From Nemertoderma westbladi (taxonomy: Eukaryota > Animalia > Xenacoelomorpha), in contig JAUCBJ010005734.1 in NCBI GenBank assembly GCA_032718475.1, forward strand, positions 1 to 64,000: 64,000 bases of DNA. Reading direction: 5' to 3'. Numbering within the stretch: position 1 is the stretch's first letter; each line of letters begins with the position of its first letter. The notes beneath the pieces are model-generated. The model saw only the letters and a program-made list of their open reading frames with translations, ran no database searches and was not told the DNA's origin. The translations under genes and the position numbers were made by a program. Shown here one piece after another: positions 22,701 through 35,543 of this stretch.

Positions 22701-25700
22701 GTGGAGGAAGATCGAATACCAGCGGGAAGAACGGGGTGGATTCTTGAAACTGGAAGATGTGTACTTATTAATATCCAGGGAAGCGGTAGTGGAGACACGA
22801 TCCAACTACACTGACCAACACATCGTAGCAGAAGGAATCACCTTACCATCCTCAAACCGACAAAAACCCCAGACAACATCCACCAAGACGGCCACTTACG
22901 CCACATCGACAGAAACCCGACAATTTTCGGACGGTAGCCGCACCTATTGGGATCAAACAGACCAGACAACAACTGAGTGCAGATTGCCGGTTGCCAATAC
23001 TGCGAGCAGCTAGGCAAGCGGCACACCACTCACAAGTTAAGAGGTTGTCGGCTGTTTCGTGAGTTAAACTCGGAAGAACGACGGCTGCAGATACGGCCAT
23101 TGGACTCTTGTTGGCGGTGTACTCAACACGGACACGTCCGCAATGATTGTCCAAATACAGACACTTGTCCATCCTGTGGACGCAACCACGACGGTTTGCT
23201 CCATACGGACAGCCATACGCCGACCAAACGCTTCACTAGGGAACACCCAGAAGCAGCAGCGAAATGTAATACGGCCTACAAGAATCGTGAATCGAGAACG
23301 ACTCCAACGTTCGTGACGCATATTCGGGATTGTTTCCCAGAGCAATCCGGGTCTTCTGACGAAGAAACCGAGGACGACGACATATACTCAGATGGAGACG
23401 AACAACCATCGATCGCGCTTCTGACGACTGACCAACTAAAAGGTTTCAGCGTAATTCCTATTAAGATTACTGGCACCAAAGGGAGCAAAAGGATCTACGC
23501 TATTCTAGATTCAGCCTCATCTCACAGCTATGTGGATGAGAAGGTAGCTGATGTCGTGACGGATCTCCGACAAGGTAAGAACGTCAGTTACACCGTAAGT
23601 AGTATGCATGGACAACGTGCAATACCAGTGACACGAGTTAAGTTAAACTTAGACACTCTTCTTCCGAAATCGCAACACAGCGAAAAGGAGAGGTCTTTGT
23701 TACCCTTTAAGGATTTGACTTTTGCGGCCACCAAGGACTTTAGTAACCTACTGGGTCCAGTGCCGGAACAATCCCTAGAGGACCGTAAGTATTTCAGACA
23801 CCTTGGTGTACCTGAATGTCCTGTCAACTATAGATCAGTAGCAATGCTGATCGGGACGGATCAATTCAATTTACATCAAGTGTGGGAAACCAGACCATCG
23901 GTAGTCGTAGCAGGAAATGCATACGCCTGTCGAACTCCGATAGGTTGGTATACTCGAGCGCCTGTGCGCACACTAGATATAAGCGATGAGGAAGACGATG
24001 TACAAAGTACATGTAGTTTATTAACTACAACTTCAACTCATTCCTTTTCACACGACAAGGACTATACTACACTACGTTCGACAAAACACAACAACGTTAC
24101 AAGTACGACGTCTGTAGCTAATACGATAAGTCACAAAGAGCAGCCAATCCACCAGGTTAGTATAAAGATTGAGAAGGAGCGGAGTCAGGCAGAGGTTCCA
24201 TCAACGATAGATGATAACGCCGGAAGGCTTGTGAGTCTACCTCAACCAATAACTTCAACAACGCCCATCGATGAAGACGCGTTAAGAAATCATCAAGTGG
24301 AACAAGCTGCACTAGACAAGGAATTAACAGAGAAAACTATCAGGTGGTTAGAACAAGACACAGCCGAACCTGGTAGTTACGAACCATGTATGTCGGAACA
24401 AGAGAAACAATCTTTAAAGATCATGGAAGATACTATCCGCCAGACGAAAGACGGACATTATGAGGTAGGGATGCTATGGCGTAACCAACGTCCTAAACTT
24501 GCAAATAACTATCCGCTAGCCTTACGACGCTTACACTCAATACGACAACGTTTATTGAAGGACGAGAAAGCCCATCTGCAGTACAATACTCAGATGGAGA
24601 CGTATTTGACGAAAGGATACGCTATCAGAATGACAAACCCAGAGATTGTGACTGACCAGACATACTACTTGCCACATCACTACGTGAGACACCCCGATAA
24701 ACCAGACAAAGTACGTGTAGTCAATGACTGCGCGGCTCTGTTTGAGGGAATGTCTCTCAATAGTGAGTTGATGGATGGACCAAACATGAATAATTATCTC
24801 ATGGGGGTGATTATGCGCTTCCGTCAGCGCCAAGTAGCATTTACTTGTGACGTAGAAGCGATGTTTCACCAAGTGCGAGCGTTAGAGCGAGACAGAGACA
24901 GTTTGAGGTTCCTCTGGTACCCGGATGGAGACTTAAGTCAACCACCGGCGACTTACCAAATGCAAGTTCGCGTTTTCGGTGCCAGGGACAGTCCAAACTG
25001 CACTATGTACGCCCTAAAACAAACCGCTAGGGATCAGAAACATAAATATGACCCAGAGGTAATCCAAATCGTAGAACGAGACTTTTATGTGGACGATGGA
25101 TTACAAAGTTGTGACACAGTAGAACGTGCTATAACAGTAGCACATCAATTACGGGACTGTTTAGCAGGCGGAGGTTTTAACCTCACTAAGTTTGCCTCAA
25201 ACAGCGCCGAATTAGTAAATTCATTCGAAACGACTGAACGTGGGGGTGGGGACATTGACTTAGAGTTCGAACCACTGCCGACGACCAAGGTGTTGGGACT
25301 ATTTTGGGACCCGAACACAGACAACTTTCGAGTGAAAGTAAAACTGGACGCTGAAGGGGATTCTCTGACAAAGAGGTCTTGCTTGTCGAAACTAAGCAGA
25401 CTGTTCGATCCATTAGGTTTCATCAGCCCAATAATACTGCAAGCAAGAATATATATGCGCAGTATTTGGAAAGATGGACTGACATGGGACGAACCGATCT
25501 CATCCGAACAAGTGGACTTATGGAAGACTTGGGAGGCACAATTATCTTCGCTAGAGGATTATTCCATACTAGATATAGTCCGTTTTTACAGACGACATTT
25601 CCTGACAACTTAGAATTACATTGTTTTTCCGACGCCAGTGACAACGGCTTTGGTGTGACAGCGTATTTGCGCAGACAAGTAGACTCAGATGAGTTTGATG

Positions 25701-28354
25701 TATCGCTCATTACTTCTAAGGCTAAAACAATGCCTACTAAGTATATGACGACACCACGCGCTGAGCTACAAGCCGCAACTCTGTCAACGACAATTGTAAA
25801 CCTCATACAGACTGAACTACAGTCAAGTTTACAGATATTTTATTGGACTGACGCGACGTTAGTTTTATTTTATATAAACAACGACACACTTGAATTCAAG
25901 ACATTCGTAGCTAACCGTCGTGCAGAAATTCTAGACCGTTCAATAAAGGAAGATTGGCGACATTGTCCCGGACCACAAAATCCAGCTGATATTGCGTCGC
26001 GAGGAATGATGCCTGAGGAATTCTGTAAACCGGAAAACAAGAAATTTTGGCAACACGGACCACAATTCTTACAAAGAGCAACACAACATCGGGCCACTTT
26101 ACGATAACAAGTTTAATACTATTCCTAAGGACGCCGAAATTAAAAAACCAAAGAAAGGTAAAGCAAAGAAAAAGACAACGGCGAAACTTAAGAAGAAACC
26201 AAAGGCGAAATGGAAAAATATAACTTACAAAGTTAAGGCAGGAAGACTTGCGAGCCTTTCTCAACCAGACGTATCGCCAGACAGTCAACCAGACACGTTA
26301 CCAGACGGTCAACTAGACATTTTGCCAGACATGTCACTAGACGTTTCGCCGGATGTTCCGCGAAACATTTTACCAGACATTTCACAAGATGTTCTACCAG
26401 ACATTAGTAACGTAGCGACACATAGTAAAGCCGCAGTTTCCCTATTGGAGCGGCCTTCTATTGACAAACTACCAAACTTGACACCCTTGAGTAACCATAA
26501 GTACAGTGAAACCTCATGTATTACAGATGTGGGTAGTACCTACGCTAATGTAAATACAGGTGTTACTTTATGCTCAAGAGACATACCAACCTTACAACCT
26601 ACGGTGAGACCTGGGATTAATATCGGCAGAAAAACAAATTTACCGAAACCCAGCGATCCCATAGAGTTAAAACCACCATTACGAATCGACACACAAAGTA
26701 ATGACAATCAAGGTAAGAAGACAAAGAAGGACAAATTACTTGTAGACCCGGACGGATCAACAGTCAACAAGGGAATACTTACCGGCGGACTTGTGGGCCC
26801 ATCTAGTAAAACAAAACCTTCCAAATTCTCCATTGACTTACCTGATGACGTCACAAATACTTACGTCGACCGTATTGTAAATTTGACAGATTCTTGGACA
26901 AACGCATGCCGAAAATTAGCGTGGATTGTACGTTTTGTACAATACGTTAAAGGCAAACGCAACTTTACACGTCGACTCACATTGACTGAGATTGACAGAT
27001 GTGAAATTAAATTAATTCGCATTACCAATTGCGATATTTTGCACGCGAATTCACATCTATAAGTCAAGGTCAACCAATCAAGTCGTCACCAATACTGAGT
27101 TGGAGTCCGATAATTTATAATGGCTTAATTTGTCATAAATCTCGGCTTCAAAACATTGACTTTAATACTGATTTTAGATACCCGATAATAATACCACAAC
27201 ATCACGAATTACAACGTGCAATGATACTGGACGCACATTTACATCTAAAACACGCTGGAAGACACCACTGTCTTTCCTACTTACGTACAAGATTTGTATT
27301 AATTAGACCCAGTAAAGCGCTAAGTTCAGTGACACGTATGTGTCTTATTTGTAAAAAGGTACATTCTAGAATAAGTACCCAAGAAATGAGTGAACTTCCA
27401 CAAGCACGACTACAGGCATTCAGACCACCCTTCACAGAGACTGGAATTGACTGCTTTGGTCCCATACATACGAAACGTGGACGTATACTAGTAAAACGCT
27501 GGGGACTGATTTTCACATGCATGTCCAGTAGGGCAGTTCATCTTTCCACCAATGCCTTTATACTAGCATTGCGGCGATTTATCGCTAGACGCGGACTAGT
27601 GAAATGCTTGTACTCAGACCAAGGTACAAACTTCGTTGGTGCTCGAAATGAAATTGCTAGAGCCTTTAAGAAATTAGATCATGATCAAATCTCAAACGAA
27701 CTACGTCCTTACAAGATTGTTTGGAAGTTTAATCCTCCAGACAGTCCATGGAGAGGCGGAGTCTGGGAGAGATTGATTAGATCTATAAAAACAGCCATGG
27801 CAAAAGTAATTCCTGTAAACCACATCTTGACAGACAACCAACTGACGACATTGTTTGTTGAAATCGAGGCAATACTAAATACTAGACCAATAGTATTAGT
27901 ACCCGATGACAAACAATCCCAGTTTGCTTTAACACCGGCACACCTGCTGATGCAGGCACCGACTACATTAACGCCTATTTCTATTCCAATAGAAGGCGAT
28001 AGCTACGGTAGAAAAGCGTGGAAAATCACGCAACTACTAGCCAACAAATTCTGGGAAATATGGCAAAACCATTATTTGCCCTCTATTTCTGCCAGAACAA
28101 CTTGGTACAACAAAACTCGCGCTTTAAGAGCGGGAGATCATGTGCTGTTAGCAGAAGTGAATCTAAAAAGACGCTTCTGGATAACAGGTGTAATTTTAGA
28201 CACACATCCATCTATGGATGGAGTGACAAGGACTGTGACTGTACGGACAATTGACGGTCGTACAGTAGACAGACCGACTTAAAGTCTCGTACTTCTGGAA
28301 GAGACGCGAAACAAGTCTGGAGATTACAAGTCTCCAACTAATGTTAGTAAATAG
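19716..28354 (+). pseudogene. Element B gag-pol (coiled-coil Gag, CCHC knuckles, protease, RT, RNase H, integrase) with several stops and frameshifts
   Basis: PPKFSG..W..F, CWRC..GH, ILDSAS, YVDD, FSDAS, NPADIASRG, TGIDCFGP, SDQGTNF, GGVWER. Confidence 0.93.
21531..21770 (+). repeat. 84-bp in-frame tandem repeat in Gag (~2.8 copies)
   Basis: QFTSQSTTSRKTCEPTE repeated three times. Confidence 0.92.
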
Positions 28355-29016
28355 TAAGGAGTTTACAAATAGATTTCCACGTACCTGTACACTGTAGTAA
28401 ACACAGCGGTAGAATTCCATTGTCTTTATATGTGAACATTAAGGGTAGTACCCTTATGTGTCACATAGGAGCGGGATTTGTAGGTATAAGAAATGGAATT
28501 CTACTTGGAACTCACAATATTGAGACATTTTCAAAATTTTAGAAAATCCATTTGGATTTGAAAAAATTTTAAAATTTTCTCCAGTGAATAGATTTCAGGG
28601 TACAGTCGGGTGGAACTTAAAATTAGAGAAACAAGAGAACGGAAGACTCGCGAGCCTTTCTTAAATTTTAATAAAATTTACACGGTCTTGTTTCAATAAG
28701 TTACGTCAAATAATAGACTTCCCTATATTTATTACTAACTCTTGATTGCTTATTTTCTGATAATAGTTTGGGATCAAAAAGTGAGTATTTTAGACTCACA
28801 GCCAGTTTAGCCCAAATTCGTTTTTATTTCGGCAAAAAATTTTAGATAAGAAGCAGCGTGTCATTAAAGAAACCCTAGATCTTAGGCTATGGGTAGGAGG
28901 TTAGAGCATTGTCGAGCCAAAAGGGCAGACGAAAACTCTCACATCTCCTCACAACTAACAATAAACTCTGTTGTATTCCCTCTAGTAGCAATGATTATGT
29001 AACTACACTTCTAATA

Positions 29017-32000
29017 ATGGCGAAAGGGATACATGGAGAGACGAGATGGGGATATGATATCCAAGAGGAAGCAGCAGCGCCATTCGAACGATTTGGAGCT
29101 AAGGATTACACCATATTTGGAATAAAGGATTTATCAGAAAGTACAGCGAAACTCGCAAAGACCAAATATGACTCGAACGTATTAAAGAGAAGGCAAAATG
29201 CGTTAAATGAAAGAATCGAAAGTTTACGCAAAACCTTCAATGAACTTTACCCGTACGACGGTTTATGTGATACGGGAGATATTAGCGAAGATCCCGACAC
29301 CGAAATTAGTCGTTTGTATCATACTATGCAATACCTGAAGGCGCACGAACCTATGCCCGCGGTACGCGATGAATTCGATGGAATGCATCTTTACAGACGA
29401 ACTTGAGGGGACGATAGAGAAACAAAGGAAGCATTTTCAGTTTATAAACTTTATTATCAATGTGGTGCTTGTATGCGCGAACAACGAAATGCGATTCCGA
29501 TGCGTTTGAATAAGGAAAATCCCGAACCGATATTGGCGAGGTGTTCGAACCATCAACAACTACGCTACCAGGAAGGAGGGTATCCTTCATCGAATCCATA
29601 TCATTCATTCGCTATGACTGGACCAAAGGCGGGAGAAATTGTCGTTTACCCACCTAAGGTTGTTGAACCCGATGTATTTGAACTTACGCTGGACGAGGCG
29701 ACTCAGTCAACCCGCGAAAAGAAAGAAGCTCTTAGCCTATACAGAGCCTACAAGGCTTTCGAGAAAGGTGAGATGGAAGAATGGGGCGGAAGACTCGCGA
29801 GCCTACCTTACCATTGGACGTCACACGATCAAACTTCAGCTAAGGAGATGACACCGGAAGTTTTCGAGAGTATAAACTTTGCTCAAAACGTTATTCAGAG
29901 ACTACAGATTGCATCCCCGGAAAGGACAAGAGAAATGCAACCGTATAGTACTTCAACTACGAAACCATTGAGTACGACACTCAATTTCCCTATTAGTATA
30001 CCAGTTCGACAAGATACAACGTATGAAATACCTATTGTGGATCATCCGGAAATCATTTCGAACTTAGAGTTTCTTCCTGCAGTTGTTCTAAGCGATATGG
30101 TTAAGATATATGATTTACGTAGACATATTACACAAAAGGTCGTGCATAATGTCCGCCTCATATTCAAGACTTTAGGGAACTGGATAGAGCTGGCGCTGAT
30201 ATAGCTCCGAGTAACCTGAAAGGATATTTAACCAAAACAATTCGCTTATGGATTGGAACAGGAACCTTTGAGTCGGATACAGATATCGCTGCGGACTGGC
30301 AAGGTAAAGTCATTCGTTTCGAGGACGAGAAAGACATAGAGAAGATTTGGCAACCTTCGGAAGAATTATTGGATGAATGGAATAGGACGTTTAGATCTTT
30401 TCAGGAAAACGGTTACATGTTTTATGATAACGAGGGCGGCAGCCATCAGCAGAGTCTAACCTCCAAGACTATACAAATTAGAGCGGCAGACGGAGTTTTG
30501 CATGTTTTCAGTAGACAAAGGAGCGACAAGCGAATGCCGATACCTCCAGGAACTACCAAGCGGCACCATTTCATCACTAATATAGTAAAGAAAATGGACC
30601 AAGCTTGCAATATCGATGCTAGAATGTTACCAAAGATGGTGAGAAATATGATTTTAGATAAAACTGTTGTAAAGATTGGATCAGGAGTAAGAGAGGACTT
30701 AATTAGCGACTTCGCCGGCATGTCGGACAGTGACGACCAATTACCGACACCTTACGTCGACACTCGACCTCTTATACTGTGGTCTATAGAATAAGGATAC
30801 TTCCGTGAGTATGATACTCAGAAAACCGGAACTGGATACATTTCCTACTTGATGTTTAATTGGGATTACAAGGAAAGTAAAAGAACAAAGTATATCGAAA
30901 CGTATGGAGAAGGTGATACTCCAGATATAAATGAGTTTGAATCACAGCTCAAATGGAGAGGATGCGTATATTGGGCTATTACTTCACCTCCAAGAGCGGT
31001 ACTACAATATTATTTAGCGATAGAGTCATCAGTGAATGTTTGCTTAGTCGCCGACATTGTGTCTCGGACTCTTAAAAGACATCCACTTTGCCTCGGAGAA
31101 GATCATACATTCTATGCGGAAGGGAGAATTCATACCGATGTGTTTAGACGGTTTCTCGAACCCTTCTACAATTCCGACGCTCAGTGTAATGCCTTCACTC
31201 GAGCAGGATTTAGTATATTTCGAGACGTGTATCTTCGCTGTGCGGGATCTCTTATCGAAAGACCATCTACGTTTACATTGTTACCCTATGAAGGAGAACG
31301 TATCGTGGAGCTTACCGACGAATCACGGCACACGCGCGCGCCTATCGGTCACTTAGGTGATGATTTCGAAGTAACGACGACCATCGATGATCCTTTAGAG
31401 GAACTTCTTGAGATTGAAAGGAACCTCCCGAAGAAATCTCAGACGGAGATTCGACAATTAGAAGCAACAGATGCTGTAGTTTGCATACAACCTTCTGAAA
31501 CATACCAACCTATCGACCCAGACGATTACGACTATAGTGTGGGAGGAAGCGCTCGACCCATTGGCGATCTTATATATGAGCGAGTGTGGTACCCTGCTAA
31601 TACGATATGTGGTAAATGTGGCGTCGCTGGCCATCATTCGACAAAGTGCAGTGGAAAGCACATTACTACAACTCAACTAATCTGTGGATGGTGTGGAGAT
31701 CAAGGGTCCCATACATTTTATACTTGCTGGAGATTTATGGCTCAATGCACATACTGTAATATAAAGGGACACCGAGCATCTGAATGTCAATTGAGAGACA
31801 TACCTTACGAACACGAATCTGTAAAACTCGTGCGAAAACTATTTGATGATTGGGAAGATTTGGCTGATGAACATGTATCGGCGCAAAGAAGACGGTTCCC
31901 GATGAGAGCGCATCTTGGATTTTGGGCGGTAAATCCTCAAACTATGATGTCGGAAGGATATATCTCCGCTATGCCACAATATGACGAACTCATCGAGGTA

Positions 32001-32738
32001 GTTGATATTTTGCCTCACGATAGTGGATTCCGAGTTGTGCGCGAATGTTTGTTACAGATACACCCTGACAATAAGAATACATGGAATTTCCAGAAAGTCG
32101 TTAATCGTATCACGTATGGTGAATTTGATCGTTTCTGAATGGAAAAGCGGAACAAGGGAGCTTGGTTAACCGTCGCATGGGCGTACCGAGCCGCGTTCTA
32201 CCATAAACGTATACGAGCGAGCGTATTCGAGGAAGAGAAGGTCCTAGAGGCGACCAACATACCAGCTACTCCAGTCGCGCCGTCTGCACGTCACCCTCGG
32301 GAGGACGGACAGCACAGGATCATACGGGTTCAGAAAGTGGGCCAACAATTAAAGAAAACTATCAATGTTGAAGAACGAAGGGGATACGAACCGACTATTC
32401 GAATTACTCAGGATACGGTTTCGCTTCCCAGAGAACCGCAAGGAGGATCGGGACATATACCAGCTGATCAAAAGGGGGCGCAAGCTTCTCTTGGGTCTGC
32501 GTCGTCCGCTTCTCGCGCGTTCCCAGACGTTTTACCAGCGGTAGATACAACCGATCGGTCACGAGGAATTGGACGAGGATTTGGGATAACTAAGAGACGA
32601 ATATGTGAGACAATGGTCGTACCATCTCCCAACGTCCAAAGTAAACCAGTGGCTCGCCCCACAAGTCCCATATCACGAGCTAAATCACCGATACGCAGTT
32701 TTCGAGGACGTGGCAGGGCTCGATCCGCTAAGCGTTAA
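29017..32738 (+). pseudogene. Element B ORF3: novel N-terminal domain + DEDDy 3'-5' exonuclease + 3 CCHC knuckles + basic tail (3 stops, 1 frameshift)
   Basis: Reading through stops: WQGKVIRFED, YMFYDNEG (ExoI), IQIRAADG, LPKMVRNMILDKTVVKIGSGVREDL (ExoII), PYVDT, W...QYYLAIE (ExoIII-like); CGKC..GHHSTKC, CGWC...HTFYTC, CTYC..GHRASEC. Confidence 0.8.
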
Positions 32739-33620
32739 AGCGGGAAGGAAGGAGTGGACGGAAGACTCGTGAGCCTTTCTTATGAATTGTTTGTTTTATG
32801 TATTATTTTATGCATTGTTTAGGTAAATTGAATTGTTTATGTAAATTGAATTGTTTATGTAAATTGAATTGTTTGTGTAATTTGTATTGTTTAAAATTTA
32901 TATTGCTCTAAATTTATGCAATTTATATTGTTCTAAATTTATGCAATTCATATTATTCTAAATTTATGGAATTTACATTGTTCTAAACTTATGTATTTGT
33001 ATTGTTCCAATTTGAAATTTAGAAAGTTTATATTTAGAAGGAATTTATATTTGAAAGATTTATATTTCATATTTGAGATGTAAAAGGAGTTTATATTATT
33101 CTAAACTTATGCAGTATTATTCTAAACTTATGCAATTTAGTAAAGATTTATTTAGAAAGTGCTATATTTGTAGTCATTCCAAACTTATGCAATTTATTGT
33201 TTTGAATATTATGCAATTTATATTTTATAAAGAAGCAGTATTTGTATTCACAGTAAATAGAAGGCAAGAGCAGACGGAAGACTTGTGAGCCTTTCTTGTG
33301 ATTTATTTGAAATTATCCGAACTTATGCAATTTGTTTTATATTTAAGTAGTATTAGTATTTGTGATTGTTTGAATTTATGCAATATTTGAGATGCAATAG
33401 ATTTATTTTGGTGAATTTAATTTAGATTTATATTGTACTTACTTAATAAAGCCTTAAATACGTAAAGTTTGAATTTGTAATTATTTTGTATCGAATTATT
33501 ATGTAGAGGTATTATTGTTGAGATTTAATTTGTAAATATGTAAGTACGTCCCAAGTATTCCATAATTTGATTAGTATTGGTGAAAACCGTATATTTTATG
33601 CACGATAATATCCTGTTTTC

Positions 33621-33629
33621 ATGGAGCGG
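33621..33629 (+). promoter_or_regulatory. Polypurine-tract equivalent of element B (ATGGAGCGG)
   Basis: Directly abuts the 3' LTR start TATAGA. Confidence 0.75.
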
Positions 33630-35543
33630 TATAGAATTATATTCTCATAAATGCCGTGGATTTTCAAAATTTTATTTTGTTCGAATTAACTTTGCTATAA
33701 AGATTACATTAAGTCCTCATTTGTATTTACTATATCTATTTGTACGATGATTATTCAAGTGGTTCAGTAGCTCAGTCAGTAAAGCGTTGGAAATTATATG
33801 TAGTAGGTATCGAGTTCGAATCCTAGTAGGTGCGAATTATTTTTGTGCTAAGTTTCAACTCATTTAAATTAACCGCTACAAATTAAATTGCATTTGCTCG
33901 AAGTAGATTAACCAATGGGATTGCAGTTATTAGATAGTAACCAATGTCGTGCAAGTTATATATTCGCTGGACCAATAGTTATCTTTAAAAACCTATTAGA
34001 ACTCATAGAACAATCGAGAATTTTCTCGATTGATTGCAGCACAAATTTGCTATAAAAGGTGCGATTTGTTCATTAGTTATTAGTATACATCATTATCATT
34101 CTTGCTTATCCTAATCTATAACTTTACTAGATTATCACTTATTAGTTATCTATTAGTTTCTTGTTACGTTTACGTATATCTTTTGTAATAAAAGTTAGAA
34201 ATACTTGTTACATCTGCCCTTTTCCTATCATGTTTTACCACGGTGAACTTAACTGAGGGACAGGATGGCAGGCTAAACATCGGGCCACAGTGATGAACGG
34301 GAACATCTGAGGAATGTAGAAGGAGACAACCCGCAATATCATTCCTAGTTATTCACCCATCGCCTGAAAGGTTAGACAGCGTTCAATGCCTCGCTACCTA
34401 AGTGTAAGACCAAAGATCGAAGGTAGAGGTAGTGACACGCTGTGCGCTAAAATTTACATCTAGGGACCGTACTGTCTTAATTCAGAGAAAAAACCCGCAG
34501 TAGACCTTCATATTCCTACGGGGGGAGAGGAGATCAGGCAGAGATACTAGTACACAGATAGGACGCAGGCACACCGGTACAAGGCATACACATTGGTAGG
34601 GTGCAGCAAACTGTATGCCTAACTCTTGCTAAGTATAGGTGCGTCTGTGACTGTTTGTAGTACAACGGTGTCCATTGCATTTGAACTTGTAGGCTAGAAG
34701 GGTTACTGTGTTTTACCTGAATTAGGATTGTACCGTTCAGGCGGTAGGGCAGTTTACAACTAGGCGCAAATAAATTGAGGCTATTTAGGGATACTAACAT
34801 CTACCGTGTCCCCGCCAACATTCTGTTAGGAAGTTGCCGTACCCATCTAGGCAACCAAAATTCTAGATAAGAACACCAGGCTAGCTATTAGTAACAGTAC
34901 GCCTACTGTAGTAAACTAACACATTTCTTCTTAGTATTAGGGACCTGGTAAATTAAATTGCCGAATTCTGGGCGTAGTATTAACCTTATGCCTGAATTTG
35001 AGTCCTGGAAATACACAAAAGGGGAAGGAGCCTTATCATTCGTGAGTATTGGACCTACAAGTTACAAAATTAGAATATTTGTAAAATGCACACCGGACCC
35101 AGTAATTATATATGTGAAGGAGCAAAACTGACTTTGACTGTTTAGAATCAAGACACGCGCGCGTTAGAAATTATTTACACCTCAAAATATATAAAATTAA
35201 CTTTTGTCCATACTGCGCTTTGCCCGCTAGTTAGACATCTCTGCACCTAGCTAGCATCTCTCTATCCTAACCATATAAATCACACCGCGGCAAAGTATAC
35301 GAGCCCCTTAGTCCATCAGTGAGTCAGCCTGATTTTAGGATTCGCTGCGCGGGATTTTGTTTTATCGAAGTTTGTCCGTTCGTAGACTGTTTTCTGCCTC
35401 ACCGGTTATAAGAGACAAAATACTGCAATATATATTCGCTTACTTAGAGTTTACTGTTTTGGTGAGAAGGTCGGATTTATGATTTGATTCACAAACTTTA
35501 CAGTAAGATATTGCAGGGTATTTTGTTACTGTCTCTTCGCATA
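33630..35543 (+). repeat. 3' LTR of element B (1914 bp)
   Basis: Copy of the 5' LTR plus 17 extra bp (34821-34837); followed by GTCTG. Confidence 0.95.

Larger units (their letters stand above)
16936..35543 (+). mobile_element. Full-length 18.6-kb BEL/Pao LTR retrotransposon (element B) with extra ORF3
   Basis: Two ~99% identical LTRs, TSD GTCTG (16931-16935 and 35544-35548), gag-pol with BEL/Pao motifs, PPT before the 3' LTR. Confidence 0.96.

Noticed and set aside
28909-32738. env gene
   Set aside because: No signal peptide, furin site or transmembrane helix; nuclease and knuckle motifs instead.
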